Shown here: piece after piece, positions 26,471 through 41,450 of the stretch
How the letters are laid out: each line of letters begins with the position of its first letter
Position numbering within the stretch: position 1 is the first letter of the stretch
Assembly (NCBI GenBank): GCA_965285935.1
Contig: OZ260662.1
Location: 94,054,001-94,118,000 of the forward strand
Length of the DNA stretch: 64,000 nt
Direction: 5' to 3'
Source of the DNA: Ophelia neglecta
Lineage: Eukaryota
Position numbers and translations under genes: made by a program
The notes under the pieces: model-generated
Told to the model about the DNA's origin: nothing
Database searches by the model: none
What the model saw: only the letters and a program-made list of their open reading frames with translations

Positions 26471-29400
26471 AATTTGAGTATCTCGCCGCTCTGGCATTCT
26501 GCTTTATCTCAATTGGTAACATCTGGGATATTCTGCAATATTATATTTAATGCGGAACAGATATTTTTAAAGAACGTGTTTTTGTGGAAGAGAAAGTCTG
26601 AACGTCTGCAGAAAGCCACAGACATGGGCGAAAAGCTCACGCGATAACCTATCAAATACACCTGAATCTGTGTCTAGGACTGAGCTGTTTAAACGCCATA
26701 CATGCGTCGTCCCATGTTATTGTACATGGTTCTCGGCAAAACCCGACTGCAAGTCATATGTCTATTACTTAGTATGGTTATCTAGTAAGATGTGGCGGCA
26801 ATCGTTCTGGCCACGATGAATGAATAAGGTGTATTGCATCCTTCAAACGATTTATTGTAGCTTAACTTTAGCCTAGCAGTTTTAAAACTGTAAGTGAATA
26901 TCAATGACTTTCTATGCCATGTTGCCCAAACATGAGCATTTTAGCACATCAAGTCTCTAATTTTCAGTTGTTGTGTCTCCTTCACTGATGGTGCATAGCG
27001 AAACATCATTTCCGTTTAAATAGTACCGTTTGGCAGCTGTAAACTGTTTGTGGGTTGTTTGTGTTAGAAGGTTAATAGCCTGTTACCCTTAGCCAAATAT
27101 CTACAGGTGCACATCTTCAATCGACCTATAACTTTGGCCCAATACCTACGTGTGCTCCCAATGACCACTCAATATTTAAATTGAATGGATATTTGGTTTC
27201 CTCTACACAGATTAAATCCAAGCCAAGAATGCAATACCTCGGCCAAGTCACCAGATGTAGCTGTTTCATCTGTAGCCATTCAATACGTCTAGCGCCTTCC
27301 AAGGAATAAAAAAAAAACATTAAACATTTATGTTGACAAATAATGGTTGATGAGCGGCTCTATAACCTTGTAAATGTCACATGTACACAGGTTTAGTTTT
27401 ATCCAGCTTTATGACTGAGGTCGACGCGTACTATCAAGTAGATAAATGAGCAAAAGCTTAGCGGATGGATTGATTTTGCCAAACGTTTGTCCTCCCACTA
27501 CCAAAAGCGCAATATTGGTGACGGAACCTTTCTGTATCCGCATGGTCAATTTCGTTTATACTGACTTTGAAATGTACTTCATTTATCAAATTGTTTGGTC
27601 GATCGAGTAGCACTTACCGGTTTGACATTTACTGTTAAAACCGACAAGTGAACAAAGCTAAGTGTTTTCCCCGCCGGGTTCAATTTATTATTACTAATCG
27701 GAAATTGGCAACATTTGATTTCCTTTGAATTGACGAATAAAATTGATCGGTTCACTATCCTCGGATGTACGGTTTTCAAGGATTTGATAACAATTCCGGT
27801 GTTATTGTGGAATATGTTTGTGTTCATTCTGAGTCATAAAGTATTTGAAATTGCTAAATTCTCAAATCAAAAAGGTGGCAGGGCAGAAAACATGGGGACC
27901 AACAATATTGGCTTATCAGGCTGGCATCTTTTTGAAATAAAGTGTTAGTTATAGAGGTATTCAGATACTTAATCAATTGTAGACTAGCATCCTTTTACTA
28001 AGAAGGCAAGGGGATGCATTGTTTATAGGCCTGTATGTTAACTGGCCATCAGCAAGCAAATTTAAAAGGACTGGTCATTTCGTAATTAAACTTAAATTAT
28101 GGATGATTTAAGTGTTAATATAGTTCACAGGGTTTCACAATCGAGATATTCAGGTGAAAAGGATGCAGGTTCCCCCGAAACCTACACCCTGTGGTAATAA
28201 GCCCTCGGGGATGTATTATACCAGCAATCTGGAACGATTGGAAGTGTTAAACGATTATTACGAGCTCGAATCCTAATATACTGACTCCCTACACCAACTG
28301 CCATAAAGGTGTTTCAAGATCTTAGGACTGCCAGCTTTGCTATATGTGGCGGGGGGGGGGGGGGGTAGGTGTGTGTGTGTGTAGGTGGAAAGGTACTGCC
28401 CTTCCTGTAAAAATGGACTTACCGTTGCATTAAAATAGTGATTTCAGTAAATACAGAGCAATCATAGTAAGAAAAATGAAGGGTTTATACTTATTGTATG
28501 AATATTTATACTATAATTTATTCGGGATGTTTGTAACTTTAATGAGGGTATTTTTATAGTTGATAGTTGAGATATAACTGATACAGGAATTGGAGTCTAT
28601 TAAATGGAAGTGTGGAAAATAAAGGTTTTTCGTAAGTTTATACGTAAGTAAATATTTATTATCTCCAATACATCATAAAGTACAAACAATAACAATCAAG
28701 TTAACATAGCAGACTAACAAATTTGATAAGCCCAAACAAATTAAACGGCTTGTTTTATCGAAAGGTCAATCTCCCACCGTATGTTCTTCCGTGTTTCAGT
28801 GGTATACACAAGCATATCGAAATAAGAATTATAAATAAAAGTATTTCTTGTTAGATATACCCAATACATTGCAATATGTGCACTGCTCCTTCATAAACGT
28901 TTTTTTTTCCAGATCAACTTACCGCATTTGAAGAAACCACTTTGAAGCGGCCTCGACTATTCGACTGCTACATCATACCTGTAAATACAAAGTAGACTAC
29001 CGATACAGGCACTGTGTAATGAACAGTTGTTCGTTTGGGGCCGGGATATTTTTGTTATATCATATCTCAAAAGGCATCAGGGGCAAACCCATGGTGTATT
29101 TATTTCCGAACTATCAAAGACGTACACTAGCTAATGGGTTTTTACAGGATAGGTGGCAATTACACTAGGTCACTCCATATTAACTACATGGTATCTCCAT
29201 CTGCTCGAGTTGCTCTTGACACCAAATCCATTGATCCCGAAAAACCTGTCCTAATGTTAAAAACCGATTATGGACCTTAACATGGGGCGACACGAATCTA
29301 GTCTATTGGTCAGGAATGCACAGATGTTCACGCATAGATATATGTCTATATGCGTGTGACAATGAGAAGAAAAGACTTGTTGTGCTCAGTCTGCCCCGAT

Positions 29401-30800
29401 ATTGACCAGTGCCCTCGTTTAATGAGGCAGATTTTTAGATTGGAAAAAGCAATCTGTTTGCTCAAGCAATCAAACCTATGCAATTAGCCAGTAGTTATTT
29501 TGTTGCAAATTCATCGAAGAGGTTCAAGAGGTACAGGGGGAAACAAATGAAGATTACAGGAAAGCTTCCCTGCTAGTCTTTATGTCTTCCAATATGTAGA
29601 CACTTTGGCAGTTACCCCAAAAGCAATAGGCATATAAACAAACAATAGTTATTCAAGGGATTGAATCATCCAAACATTATGATATCAACACATGTCGATT
29701 TATAAATAAAAAATGCCATGCGCTTATTAGCCCAAACAACCCCTCCTACTCCCGCCCGCCTCTCCGGCTCGAACCCACTGACAGCCAAACAATCGCCGCC
29801 CGTCACCATAGGATAAACAGAACACTTTTACCTTTACCTTCAGGCATCCCAAATTTAAGCCAAACAAACAAATCTAATGACTTATTATATAATTCTTAAA
29901 TGCATAATTTTGTGAGTAAAACTGTTATTTGATATATAATATTTAAAAAAGCTGAATATGAATAACCTAAAAAGGGAGGAACAGTAGACTAAAGTTAGTG
30001 AAACTCACGCAGGAAGGTCATCTCTAACATATCATCTAAATTATATGGATTAAATCTGTTTCTATTTAAGGAGAAAAAAAATACTGTCTAGTCTTATCCG
30101 AGGTCGTCAAAACACTGTCATGTTTTATCGATCGTGTTCGTGACCAAATTTTCTTCATTTAGACATATTACTCCCTGTCGCAATTGACGTCATATTCACT
30201 GCTTAATACCAATAATTATCGAGACCCGACACAACCCTACGCCAATTAGTTTTGGAATTCCTCACAGGAGGCCCTTTTGGTTGGTTATACCACACGAACA
30301 GTTCAGTACAGATCAATGCGATGCGGAGTGTTCAATGGTAGCAGCGCCAGTGCAAGGTAGTCAAGATACATCCAATTCGAGAGTTCAGACGCCTGCGGTG
30401 AAGTTAGTTATGAAGGCTAATGCAGTTTATTCTACATTTTACCTAACCACTAACGCTGCCGTTTCAGCCACCACTCTCTCTGGGTGTCTAAGCTTAGCAG
30501 TTGTCCAATCAATGCAGCGCGTAGTCTATGTAACTCAGCAAAGGCTGAGAATAATAAGAAACTTGTAACAAGTATAAGGCTATGAACTAACCAGTGTTAA
30601 ATTTTACTTACAGTATTGACAGCTCTTCGGTGTTAATGCAATAGCAACTAAACCGCTAAAACAAAGTGTTGATGCTCAAACAATAAGTACCTTATTCAAT
30701 AAACGAATACTAATCTTTAACTTAAGCAGTTAAAAGAAGTTTTCTTTCCACACGTGCTGGATAATTTTAAATGTGAGCACAACTGATTGATTCCAATATC

Positions 30801-30844
30801 AGTACAATAGTACAACAGTACACCAATACACCAATATACCAGTA
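30801..30844. repeat. 8-bp tandem repeat, about 5.5 copies with stepwise drift
   Basis: agtacaat agtacaac agtacacc aatacacc aatatacc agta. Confidence 0.7.
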
Positions 30845-32899
30845 ACTCTTTGTTCCTGAAGCGATATCACAAGAGAGCCGTTTTGGTGGAACGTCATTGT
30901 CAAGAATATACTGACCTCTTGCGACTTCATTTCTTTGGCCTGATAACCCCCGACTAAAAATAATATATCAGCGGCCAGTTCCATTTTTTTTAACGAGCAT
31001 GTAATTGTTAAACAATAAAACATACTTTGAAAGCGACTTACGTTTATAATTGCTGCTACGGTAGGGTCAGCTAAATATCTGGATCAGTGCAATATCAAAC
31101 AGATTGCATGCGAAAATTGTCTTTTTAATATGGAGTTTTTAATTCCTTAACTACTTTCTAAGTAGGTTATTTACATTCACTGACCAAAGTAACAATTCCA
31201 CCAGAACTGTAGCTGAGACGGCATTGTCCCCCTATACTCATGTCTTCTGAAGGATGTAAAGGTTTTTGCATTATGAAGAGAAATTGACATTGTGTAACTA
31301 CAGACACTGCTCTATATTAATGATGTTTTATTGTAATAATAAAACGGTCACTTTTAATTGTGAACGAAATCATGCATTTGCAATATACGATGACATCTTT
31401 GAATTGCAAGTGAACATGTGTCGTAATCTACATTTGCCCTCAGCCATATGAAGGCCACATTATGTGCAAGTCAATCCACCATAATTGTGCCCCTTGAAAA
31501 TCCCTGATATAGATTTTTTTAAATATGCTCTGTGTGTTTGTCGTGGTAATCATAGGTCTGTTAAATAAAAAAAACCGGTACTTATTAAATATTATGACTA
31601 GTCTTTTGTATGGATAAATTGTAAAATCTGATAAGACATGCGAGCGAACTACGTATAGGTTAGGGTACGATTCTGACAAGGAAAAAGGACAGGGTTTTTA
31701 TAAAAAAAAAACACCAGGAATATTCCAATTTTTGGCCTAATTATTTTCCCCATTGATTTCAGAGTTTGATATGTAGCGGACTGCCATCTGTAGACAAGCC
31801 ATTGTGCATATTTAGAATGGAATGCTGACAGGGCATTACCGAACATAATGCATATTTGGTTTAAGGTTTAGTTATAAGTGCAGGAAATCATTCAACCAGA
31901 TAATATTCTCGGGCCTATTCTGCCTTCGGCTGTAAGCTGTAGGGTTATTTCTAATACAAGACAGCTGAGGATGTAAAGTAGGTGACATAAACTATAATTA
32001 AGATCAAGTGTAAAGATCAAACACCTTGTTATGAGATGGTCATCGTCCGGCTCATCCATTTGATAGTCTGCAGGAATTTGTTCATCTATACTATTTGGAC
32101 CATCTAGACCCATTTGCCTTTTTTCTGATAATGAAGACCCCTTTACTCATGGTTTTTTTTTTCTAGAGTCAAATTGAAATATAAAAGTAAAAAATGAGAA
32201 ACATTTTGTGGGACAAATCGTATCATTGCTGGTATGGTTAATGTCCTAATGACAGAACAAACCAATCAACCATCACTCAAAAGTGATGCCAAATATAGCT
32301 ATAGTATCCAGCTTAATCATTATTTAATAATTCTTTTGATATCTAGCAGAAATGATTTATGAAAAACACTTCTATCAATTTTATTCATAGCTGTAATGCA
32401 TCTGCAATATAATAGTGATGATGCATCATGATAGCGGTGCATAGTATTAGCTTTCACAAGCTTCATGAGCGAATAGCTATGCGGGATGATGAATTGTTGC
32501 ATCATCCACCGCAAATGGAATACCTTCATCCAAATTTGACATTTTCGGAAAAATCATAGCTCAATCACATAATCACATTGTACATAGCTAGTATATCAAA
32601 ATCTTCAAGCCACATTATATACTACGCATCTTGGCAGCTAACAGTTCTTGGTAATTTCGGACCGATTTGATGAAATATTTTTCATTAATTATGAAATTAA
32701 AAATATATCTCATAAGAAAACTGGAGTAGACTCCCGACACCCAAAGCCAAATCATCAGGGGTCATCAGGAGGTCACCAGGAAAGGGGCATCCACAGCCCC
32801 ACACACATATCGAAATCAATATCCATCTTCCAAATGGTAAACAAATCTGTTACTAAATACAACAATAACAAAATATTGATAGCACTTCCAATAAGGAAT

Positions 32900-34330
32900 G
32901 AATACTGCTTTCTGATTTAGAACATGAATATGGTCTAGATTACAAAAAAGTGTTAGGTCTGAGATGAGGGTGGCGCTTAGCGTTTTGAAATAGGTCACCA
33001 CGTTAAGTAAGCAATTATGTATGAAAATAATGTAAGAATGAGTATTAGGAGATGTGGCATAGACCATAATAGAGTAAGTGATGGCATGGTTGTTAAGCGC
33101 ACTTGCTTTCCCCATCATTGTATTTCGACCATTTCATACAATGAACAATTTATCAATGGTTTCTTGGTCTGCCGCTATCCAACATGTAGCTATAGGTCAT
33201 TATTCATTAATTTTTTCAAGCAAAAGCTAGTGACGCATAGTTTTTCACTGTTCTTCCGGATTGATGTCAGATATTTCTTTTACTTCAATCGTAATGGTGT
33301 GCCCAGCCATGAAAAGGGAACAACGGCAGGGAAATGAATCATTATTTTACTGACAGGTTAGACAACATAATATTTCTATATCCGATTAGCGGATTCAATT
33401 TGGATGCACATCACGGAGGCAACAGTTTTAGTACGTGTGTTGGATGAGATGGACATTGGTGGCATAGCTTCGGACTTAGTTAATTATTAGGTAATGTTTG
33501 TCGTAGAAGCTTACACTTGTCATTTTTTTTGTCATTTGAAATCTAAGCTTTCTGTTATGAAGAAAGGGAATGCAGCGAATGTTATATATATAATTTGTGT
33601 ATGTTCAAGAAAGCAACTACTTAAAAAAATAATCACTTTCGCTTCCACGCATTGAATCAATCGTTACAATTAAACTTACAAAACTAACACCGCTGAGGGT
33701 TGATCGAGTGGAAAATTCAATACATCTGTCGTGTTTATCACCAGAGTGAAAATATATCTGCCAACGCAAAAAAAGTCGAATATGATGACTGAAGCAGGCA
33801 TAAACAATGTGTTTTTTTCTCTTAATATTCACGTATTATTTTGCGCCTATGAATGATCCCTATATAAAATGATGGTATGTGGCCTTATGGATGACACATA
33901 AATGGGGTATGCTAGCTTTCTGACCAATCACAAGCCCTTTTTTATTAGACTCCTTTGCTATAGTTGTTAGTTCATATTCTACAATCATGGCAATATAGAC
34001 ATTTTTATCTTGGTGGTCAATAAAAATATACGTTTGGAAGAAAGCCGAACGGGCAGTCTGCAATTTATACTTTGTGTTTTCGCATTCAGTCTTCTGATTT
34101 CTTGTACAGCTTCAAACGTTATTTTATGTAATCCCCGGTCTTCAAAAACAAGTAGTCTCAATCTGCCGAGTTGTACAGTCTATTGGGGATCTAACGATGA
34201 TCTCACACAGTGTCGAATATGGCTGGGAATGGGCCTTCTATTGCAATATGCCACCAATTTGTTTATATAAACTCCTTATTCTTTATATCTGTCAAAATCG
34301 ATCAGCCGCGGATACCGCCTCTCTCTCTTG
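32900..34330 (-). mobile_element. Probable MULE/NOF-like transposase remnant
   Basis: KYYVV*PVSKIMIHFPAVVPFSWLGTPL (~33376-33290) resembles N.YY.P.....L..Y..I.PLWSG.LL. It is followed by RQTKKPLINC (RDTN..VENW) and preceded by KHIVYACFSHHIR (V.H.C.AH.IK), in the expected order. Confidence 0.4.
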
Positions 34331-36559
34331 ACTTTATTTTTATGTACACAAATATTTAGTTTTGAAATAGTTTTGCAATATACTTGGACAATTCTGATAT
34401 ATTTGTAAGGGGTAAGTCGAAGAATTTATTGCTTTACTGTTTTTCTCTCTAACCTTTATTTGATTGATTCCTCTACCAATTGTTAAGCAGAAAGGATTTC
34501 ACTCATGGGTTCGCATTAAAATCACTCCAGATTTGGAATGGAATGTAGTGCAAAAGGACATTCAATTTTTAAAAGGTCGACCTCAGGGGTTTACAAAACG
34601 TTAATAATCAAATTGCAAACTGAGAAAAAGTCAGTTGTTTGAATGAGCTGACGATATGAAGGCATCGTCGAATGTGGATAATATTTCCTGCACTACCAAT
34701 TTGACATCCTGTAAACTTAAACTATGACATTTCATCTATTTCTGTCATGTTATCTTGCTCAAAAGAAATTGGTTTTTGAAAAGGGGCAAACTTGATGGTT
34801 TCAGATGATAGATTTAATGGACTTCTGTGATAAATTGTCTGCTGTGTTTCCACTTCCGGTTTTGTTTCAGTAAGTCACGAAGTAAAGTTTATATACTTTG
34901 TCACGGAACAAAACTCATACTTGAACTATTAAAAACGACATGTGTGACCAAAGACATTGAATTAACTTTTCGTGTTTAACTATTTTACTATTGCGGCTTG
35001 TATTCCCAGAGTTTCACCAAGAATGTTGGTCTGAATTGTTTTCTAGATCTTCTAGTTTAATTACCTTTCATTGTGCAACTGGTGCTATGCATATTGTACG
35101 GTATTGATTTAAACCCTAAAACTTGTGTCCGATGTTCGGTCAACCATTAACACGGTATGCTTCAAATATAACTAACTGTATAACTGTTTAACGTATATAG
35201 TACATGAATGGAATCACAGGAAGCCTGTATTCATGAGAAGTAGAAGGATAACACCCATATTTGACGCCCCCCCCCCCCACCTCCGGGCTGTCATTTCTGG
35301 ATGCTTACCCAAACTGACTGTCAGGGACATGGACCTAGTCAGTAATTAAGGGTCTGAAAATAACACGGATAATGCACATACACTGAGCCATTCCAGTTGT
35401 ACCCTACCTTATAACTCGAATTGATATTGATTTCTGCCAATTCAAAAAGGTTTGATTTCGTTGTCAGCAATCTAAGCAATGTCTCCTGCGAATATTATGA
35501 AATAATGAAACCCTGCATATTACTCAATAATGAAAAGCTTACTCCGCCTAACATGGTATTATGTTTGTTAATCTGCAATGTAATATTACAATAAAGCATC
35601 ATCAGCTCAGATTGTATACACCGTAGGTGAAATAGCCATCCTTAAACTTGCCTGTGTTCTCAGTCGTGGAAATTTCAGACGTTCATTACTTCATTGGTTA
35701 GGTATGTTATCAAAAGTATCGTTATGGTTATCATTTATTTATAATTGTAAAAGTTCTTTAACATGAAAAAAAACTCAATAAGTATTCAATTCGGTCTAGG
35801 CGTCGTAATTGCCTACAAGGATACTATATGGATACTAAATCCCTACAGTGATGATACTGTTCATAATTCTTTGTTTTCTTATATATCAAGATGACATGTC
35901 TTAAATGATAAATAACATATATGGCAAACAGTTTTCAAAAACCAAGACCCAGGCCAACTGTGGCTTATTTAAGTCAATACAACTGAATCAGATTATCATC
36001 GACCACATGCTTCAAACTGCCCGCGCCGCAAAAACAGCAAACTCAGGTTTAAAGTATCCGGATAAGAAATAAGGTAAGTGTTTTGTTTCTGACAGTGGTT
36101 AGGCCTTGGCTCCTTGCTACATGGTTTATGTAGGCCCTTTAAAAATCCGTAGTAAACCGGTTAGAATTCACCAGGAATCAGCAGTTACAGCCCCACACAC
36201 GTCAATAAAGCAACCCAGCTCTACAATAGGACATTTAGATGCAATTTCGTGTAAATGAATTAAGTGAAAGTTATTCAAAATTTAGAATGAGTCATTTGTC
36301 CCTGTGGATAATCTTGAAAGTAAGACAATGGAATATTTCAGTCACAACAGGCCACGTAACTTATATTTTGAACATATCTAAAATCGGCAAACCAGTGACA
36401 ATACATTTCTTTATTCCGCTTCATGAAAATATAATACCAACGATCCAGAAACACCAAATTAGGCACACAATCGTTTTTAATTGGCCCCTAAATTTTGGGA
36501 GAGCTTAAAACATGATGGACTCTTTCATTGTTCATCTTTGTCCTACGCTAACTTGTTTG

Positions 36560-37220
36560 TTTTGTGTTCTTAGTGAAAACTCTTGACTTCTAAATGCAAT
36601 TGATATCAACTTTAATGTTTTGATTTTTTATTAACGTTTAATAAAACGTTTATTAACTGCTTGGGAGCTGGAGGTTGGTGCTTTGACGCATGTAGGGCTG
36701 TGCCTGCTGGTTTCTTATGATTTCTGACCGATTAATGCATTTTCTAGATTTATGATTTGGCTTGTTTGCCGGGTATCCTCTCGCGTTTTATATAGGTAAA
36801 AAATAATTCTAAATATTTTTGGTTCCTTTGGGGGTGTCTTGAGTAAAGTTATAACGGGCCTTTTAGGCTCATCGCACTCCGAATAAGCCCGGAGAATTAA
36901 CACAATGTATATTGAACTGTTTATAGACTGCCTATAATCGCGTTTACCTCAAGTTAAATCTGCCTATTAAGGCAAGAATGCAAGTGAAATCGCAATGAAA
37001 ACCATGTTGGCACGATATTTCATGGCAACAAGCAAACGATGACAATAATGGTTCAGCTATGAACATAGGAGAACGAGCTTGATTGATTGGATGACTATCG
37101 AGGAATCTTTTTATTGCGTAATACCCATCGCTTAGTTTGATGGATGGTGTAGTAGGGTCAAGCATATTGATGAGCAAATGTCGTGATAGCTGGAGTTGTT
37201 CCCCGGAGTCTACATCCATA
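36560..37220 (-). mobile_element. LINE reverse transcriptase remnant
   Basis: INMLDP...SDG, FIAEPLLSSF (IA.PL..LFN), KRPVITLL...KIFRIIFYLY (YRPISLL..KI.EKII...LY), NALIGQKS..RHSPT (NLI...QSGF..HST). Confidence 0.5.
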
Positions 37221-39499
37221 GCTCCACTCCAGTGACAGGATAAAACGAGCCGCCACTTAAACGGTGATCTATTGTGCTTTTAGCTGTATATATAATTAGT
37301 TAGCAGGCCAACTGATGTAGATGAAAATATATGAAGTCTGCATTTTAGACCAATTGGGTGTGTTACGTTGAAAGAACACGGAAGCAAACACAGAGATCAC
37401 ATTCGATAAACAAAAGGAAATTTTTTTCTCGTTTGGGTACAACTGGTTTACGTCTTCAGTTAAAATATTAGATTTCATTCTTTCTTATCGTCACCCTCTC
37501 ACGCGCTGGTGTATAACTTTATTAATCAATACAGACTTTTTGGTCAAATCGAATGCTGTAACGTGTATTTTAAACAAAGTTTCAGTCCTGTTTGGGGAAA
37601 TCTTTCCTTGCATTCTCTAATATCCAACGGACTGATTAAGTACACCTTTAATCGCTGAGCAAAAGCACATGATAGGTGATAGGCATGTAGGATTGACGAC
37701 CTTATTGTCATTGGCAACGCTTTATGATTGTTTCTTGTTTATTCCTAGAAAAGTCAGTTAGGTTTTGACGAAACAAACACCTTTACTTCCATGTTATATA
37801 ATGATTAGTAATAATGAGATATCGCAGCCGATACGTTTATCCCTTGTTGTAATGTGTACATTTGCTTCTACACACTATATGATGATTAACTATTTCAATA
37901 ACCTCAGGGGAAAGGACGACCTGTAGACAAAACATAATCTATCACAAACATCGATGGACAATGACTAGGAGAAATGACAATGGATGAATATTAAATCATG
38001 CTCTTTTCATTCAGGTCTTGAGTTTTACGACTGTCATTGGTTTGACACTACAAATATTACTAAATCAATCATTCAATTTCAAACGAGTGTTCATACAAAC
38101 ATAGACAAACGCCTGTTCCCTTACAAATTCATATCCAAACCGTCTTCCAAAACTAATAATTAATCTTACCTTGATCTACGATGTTTCTCTGTTACTTTGA
38201 ACAAAGCTGTTTGCTACAATGTTACCTTAAAACCTAAAAGCTGTCTTCTTTGTTTAGAATATTGTCCGTCAAATTCAATATTTATCCAATGGGCGGCCAG
38301 AAAAACGGAAAATGACCTGGTTGCCGTCCAGAATAAATATTTTTCAATGAAAAAGTGGTTTTCACTCTATCTCATCCAATATAGGAAATATCAGGCAAAT
38401 ATCATAGCTAGAGAACTTCGGCCTACTTAACTGACTATTCTTTAAAACCCATTTTGGCCTCGCTTCCGGTAACTCAAAACCATTTTCAAAGTTACCGATG
38501 CACCAAATAATGGGGAACTCAAGGAGGCAATTTGCTGAGGCCGATTCATTCTGTTTTCTTTGAAATAATTCCGTTCAGGTCGCCATACCAGGAAGCTGGG
38601 TCTCTAGTGCTAAACTACCACTCCAAGCAGTTTATGGCTATACAATGTGGAAGTCTACAACGTTACAGTCAATTTGCACGCTTCTTAGGGTACACTTTTC
38701 GTTTTGGCTGAAGAAACTTCATGCATTAAGCATAGAGTTCCATACTTTACTTTAATGAAGATTATGGAGTTGCATTAAGTCTAGCATTACTGTTTTCAAC
38801 TCAGAGTCATGATATTTAATTTTAAGCATGCACACAAAGAGTATAAAACAAGTAACGACAATGAGAGATTTGCTTAGTATGAACCCCTATGACATTTAAA
38901 TAAATCGTTTCGAGGGGTCACTTAAAAAGAATCAAATCAGAATCGTACAAAAATAATCAGATTGATCTAAATTGTTACAGATTCATAACATGAATACACC
39001 AAGCACTTCTGACTAAATTATGAAAATAGTAAGTATAAGAAAGTGCATATAGTATAAAAGCAATAAACCAAATAATACCGTTCCACAAAAAAGCTAGATG
39101 CAATGATACACCTTCGTTCAAATAACACAATGCGGAGCAATTAAAACAGGAAATAATTTCTATACCAACGATATTCAAGAGCAATTTGAAAAAAAGTAAG
39201 AGAAACAGACAAAACCCTGATTAACACTCATGGATTATTTACTAGTTTATTTGAAGATGGCATATAACTGATATGAGCAATTGCATGACAGGATAGAATG
39301 AAAGCAAGTTTACGATTACATATCTTAATGTTAGTGAACGGTTGAGAAAATCGTCAGGGCATTTTTGCAGAAGATTACACCAAGTTGCGTGGTCGATTTT
39401 CAAAATAGCTCTCGAAAACCGGATCAGTTTCCACTATCGCTGCATATTCGGATACGGATGTATTGTAATCGGGTAGCACCACTGTCTCTTACAGTCTGC

Positions 39500-39800
39500 C
39501 TGTTCCTACTTTTTTAAAGGCAATCAGGCCAAACATCTGGTCGCTACTATTGTGTGCAAGAACTGAAGTGCGAGTTATTGAACTCCAAATTCCATATCAT
39601 CACGGGTCACCGCCAACCAATTTATGAATCTCCTTGAGTTAGGATTCTGCGTTATCTCATGTGAACAAACCTTATATCAATTGCATGCAGTAATATTGTT
39701 CCTTTATGCTGCGCTAGGGATATATCGATCCCTCTCTCAGTGGATCGGTCGGTGCCATTTATAATGTGCTGTGCCCCTGTTATTTTAAAGCGAAAACGAA
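39500..39800 (-). mobile_element. THAP-domain-like coding remnant of a DNA transposon, copy 1
   Basis: HIINGTDRSTERGIDIS and CSHEITQNPNSRRFINWLAVTRDDM resemble invertebrate transposon THAP domains (C.I.GC..RS.R...RR..WLA.I.R.D). Clear nucleotide homology to 52123-52250. Confidence 0.5.
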
Positions 39801-40849
39801 GGCCACTGGTAATGTGAGTAAAAATACATGATAGGAAATATATGGTGTCCAATTTTCAATTACATATTTTATTATCAGGAATATTATTATTATTTTCGGA
39901 AAAGTTAGGTTGTCCATGTCGCCAAAGAAGAAGCTACTTTCGATACAACGTGAGTATTTTAGTTTCAGATCAGGGATAGAATAGTTGTAACAGCAGTAAA
40001 TTACACAAATGCCATAGTTATTGCCTCAACTGTGAACTGCAGACCCATAAAATATAATCAGATTCTAACGTTTGACCGAACATCATTCTGTGAGGACCGG
40101 CATTTTCACAATCGAGGAAGAAATTACGAGTGGATGACCCATCGGGTCAAAATATCACCCCTTGTCTGTAAATTGCGCATATTACTTCATCTTCCCTCCT
40201 GCTTGTTTTACAAATACCCTTGCGACTTAAAGCACTTACTGAAATGGCCAGACACAGAATTGGTCAGACACTTATACATTTTATATATGTTAACAAAATT
40301 GCAGGAAAAGAGGTCAAAATAAATGTGACTCTGGAATATATAATGGAATCAAAAAAACTTAATCATTTTATTAGTATATAACAAATTATTATTATTATAT
40401 GACAAATGCTTTGAAGTAATGGATGCTCAAATGGATGTGCCCATTATTTAAAGTCGCTATATGTCTAAATATATACCCTCGAAATATTGAACCTCCTGGC
40501 AACCACCTGTCACTCATTGTTTCTGCTCAAAATGGAATGTTTGTTCATTATCTTTGAGAGCTAATCTTCTATAATGCTCTCTTTAAACCATGATTACACT
40601 AGCATTCTTACTAGTATGCGCCTCCTTTGATATAAATTATTAATATGTGTATGAAGGCCAATCTAGACCTATTAAACAAGGCTCATTAACGACAACATGT
40701 AATAATGACGTACAATTTTAACCAGCATACCTGAATTCCTTTACAAAAAAGCCCATGGTACAACCATGGCACAGCCACTGATGATACGCCAGTTCCTGAT
40801 TGTGTCCTACAATGACAAGAGCCTCATCATCCAGCCCGGTATACTGATG

Positions 40850-41450
40850 GCACATTATTATCGTAAAGGTTTTGGGGCTCTGGTACCCAGCATGTACATC
40901 CGGATGTCAGGGAGAAAAAACGGAAATTAGCTTGCTTGGGCTTCCTTTTGGCCTGATGATTGTTGTCTGTGATACAACCACACTTATATTGACATAAGGT
41001 CAATCCCGGTGAATAGGATACATAAATACATATCTAGCATGAAGAACAACGCACGCCTTTGATTCACGTGCTGTTCTTGGACCTTTTGGTCTCCCTGAGG
41101 GGTAGGTGGTGCTCCTGCTCCTCTCTTGTGTCCGAACCGGATTTGCATCTATGCATTGCCGCCTTATGACCTATGTTTTGTGTAATCACCTTTCACAAAG
41201 CAGGTCTGTGCTTGGGCACATTATTCTCTTTTTATTGCTGGTAGAGTCCATTGTGATTATGCAAAAAAAGGCTCGACATTTCAACACAGCGAACAGGTAT
41301 TCATTGTGTTGTAGGGGACAAAGAAGAATACAGATAATTATTGTCACCACAAAACCTCATGTAAGTTCTTCCTTATCGCCGGTGTGGACAAACCTTAATG
41401 CAATTAACGTCACATATATGTTACTACTAGTAGATAAGAACTTGTTGATC
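40850..41450 (-). mobile_element. LINE reverse transcriptase remnant (PQGTKLGP/YVDD type)
   Basis: CCTCAGGGAGACCAAAAGGTCCA = PQG/TK.GP with a frameshift, then LFFMLD (LF..MIND) and YVNISVV (YVDD.T). Confidence 0.4.
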
